Below the pieces are notes generated by a model. It was not told the DNA's origin and searched no databases. It was given only the letters and a program-made list of their open reading frames with translations. This document shows, one piece after another, positions 64,000-64,000 of a DNA stretch of 64,000 nucleotides. The stretch lies in sequence record NC_014636.1, one strand, 5' to 3'. Numbering within the stretch: the stretch's first letter is position 1; every line of letters starts with the position of its first letter. Both the position numbers and the translations under genes were made by a program.

Positions 64000-64000
64000 G

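Overview
A 64-kb segment of a large T4-like (Straboviridae) myophage genome. The 534-aa major capsid protein and the CTAAATA late-promoter variant point to an Aeh1-like Aeromonas phage; this rests on recalled family knowledge, not a database search. Bases 1-20.7 kb (+) carry the late morphogenesis block: a long multi-foldon fibritin (5'-truncated), four accessory ORFs, gp13, gp14, gp15, gp16, gp17, gp18, gp19, gp20, gp67, gp68, gp21, gp22, gp23 and gp24. Bases 20.7-64 kb are mostly minus-strand early/middle genes: rnl2, two inh paralogues, uvsY, dda, DNA ligase, 30.2, 30.3, rIII, gp31, cd, pseT, spanins, rnlA, denA and td, plus many accessory ORFs driven by repeated terminator-promoter-RBS cassettes. 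uvsW, uvsW.1 and an Alt-like ADP-ribosyltransferase are on the + strand. Four things stand out. (1) An adjacent SLOG-domain plus RyR-domain gene pair, within a dispersed NAD/ADP-ribose toolkit (NADAR, macrodomain, NMNAT-Nudix, ART), may be an undescribed counter-defence module. (2) A ~140-bp structured non-coding element occurs twice, 38 kb apart, with a compensatory base-pair swap; one copy is next to a nuclease-less Zn-finger gene. (3) Several early promoters have their -10 box enclosed by inverted repeats, alongside a family of small HTH genes. (4) There is an extensive tRNA/RNA-repair set and a LemA-like + TPM-like membrane pair. No tRNA genes, CRISPR arrays or introns were recognised. All family assignments come from visual motif recognition; no searches were run.
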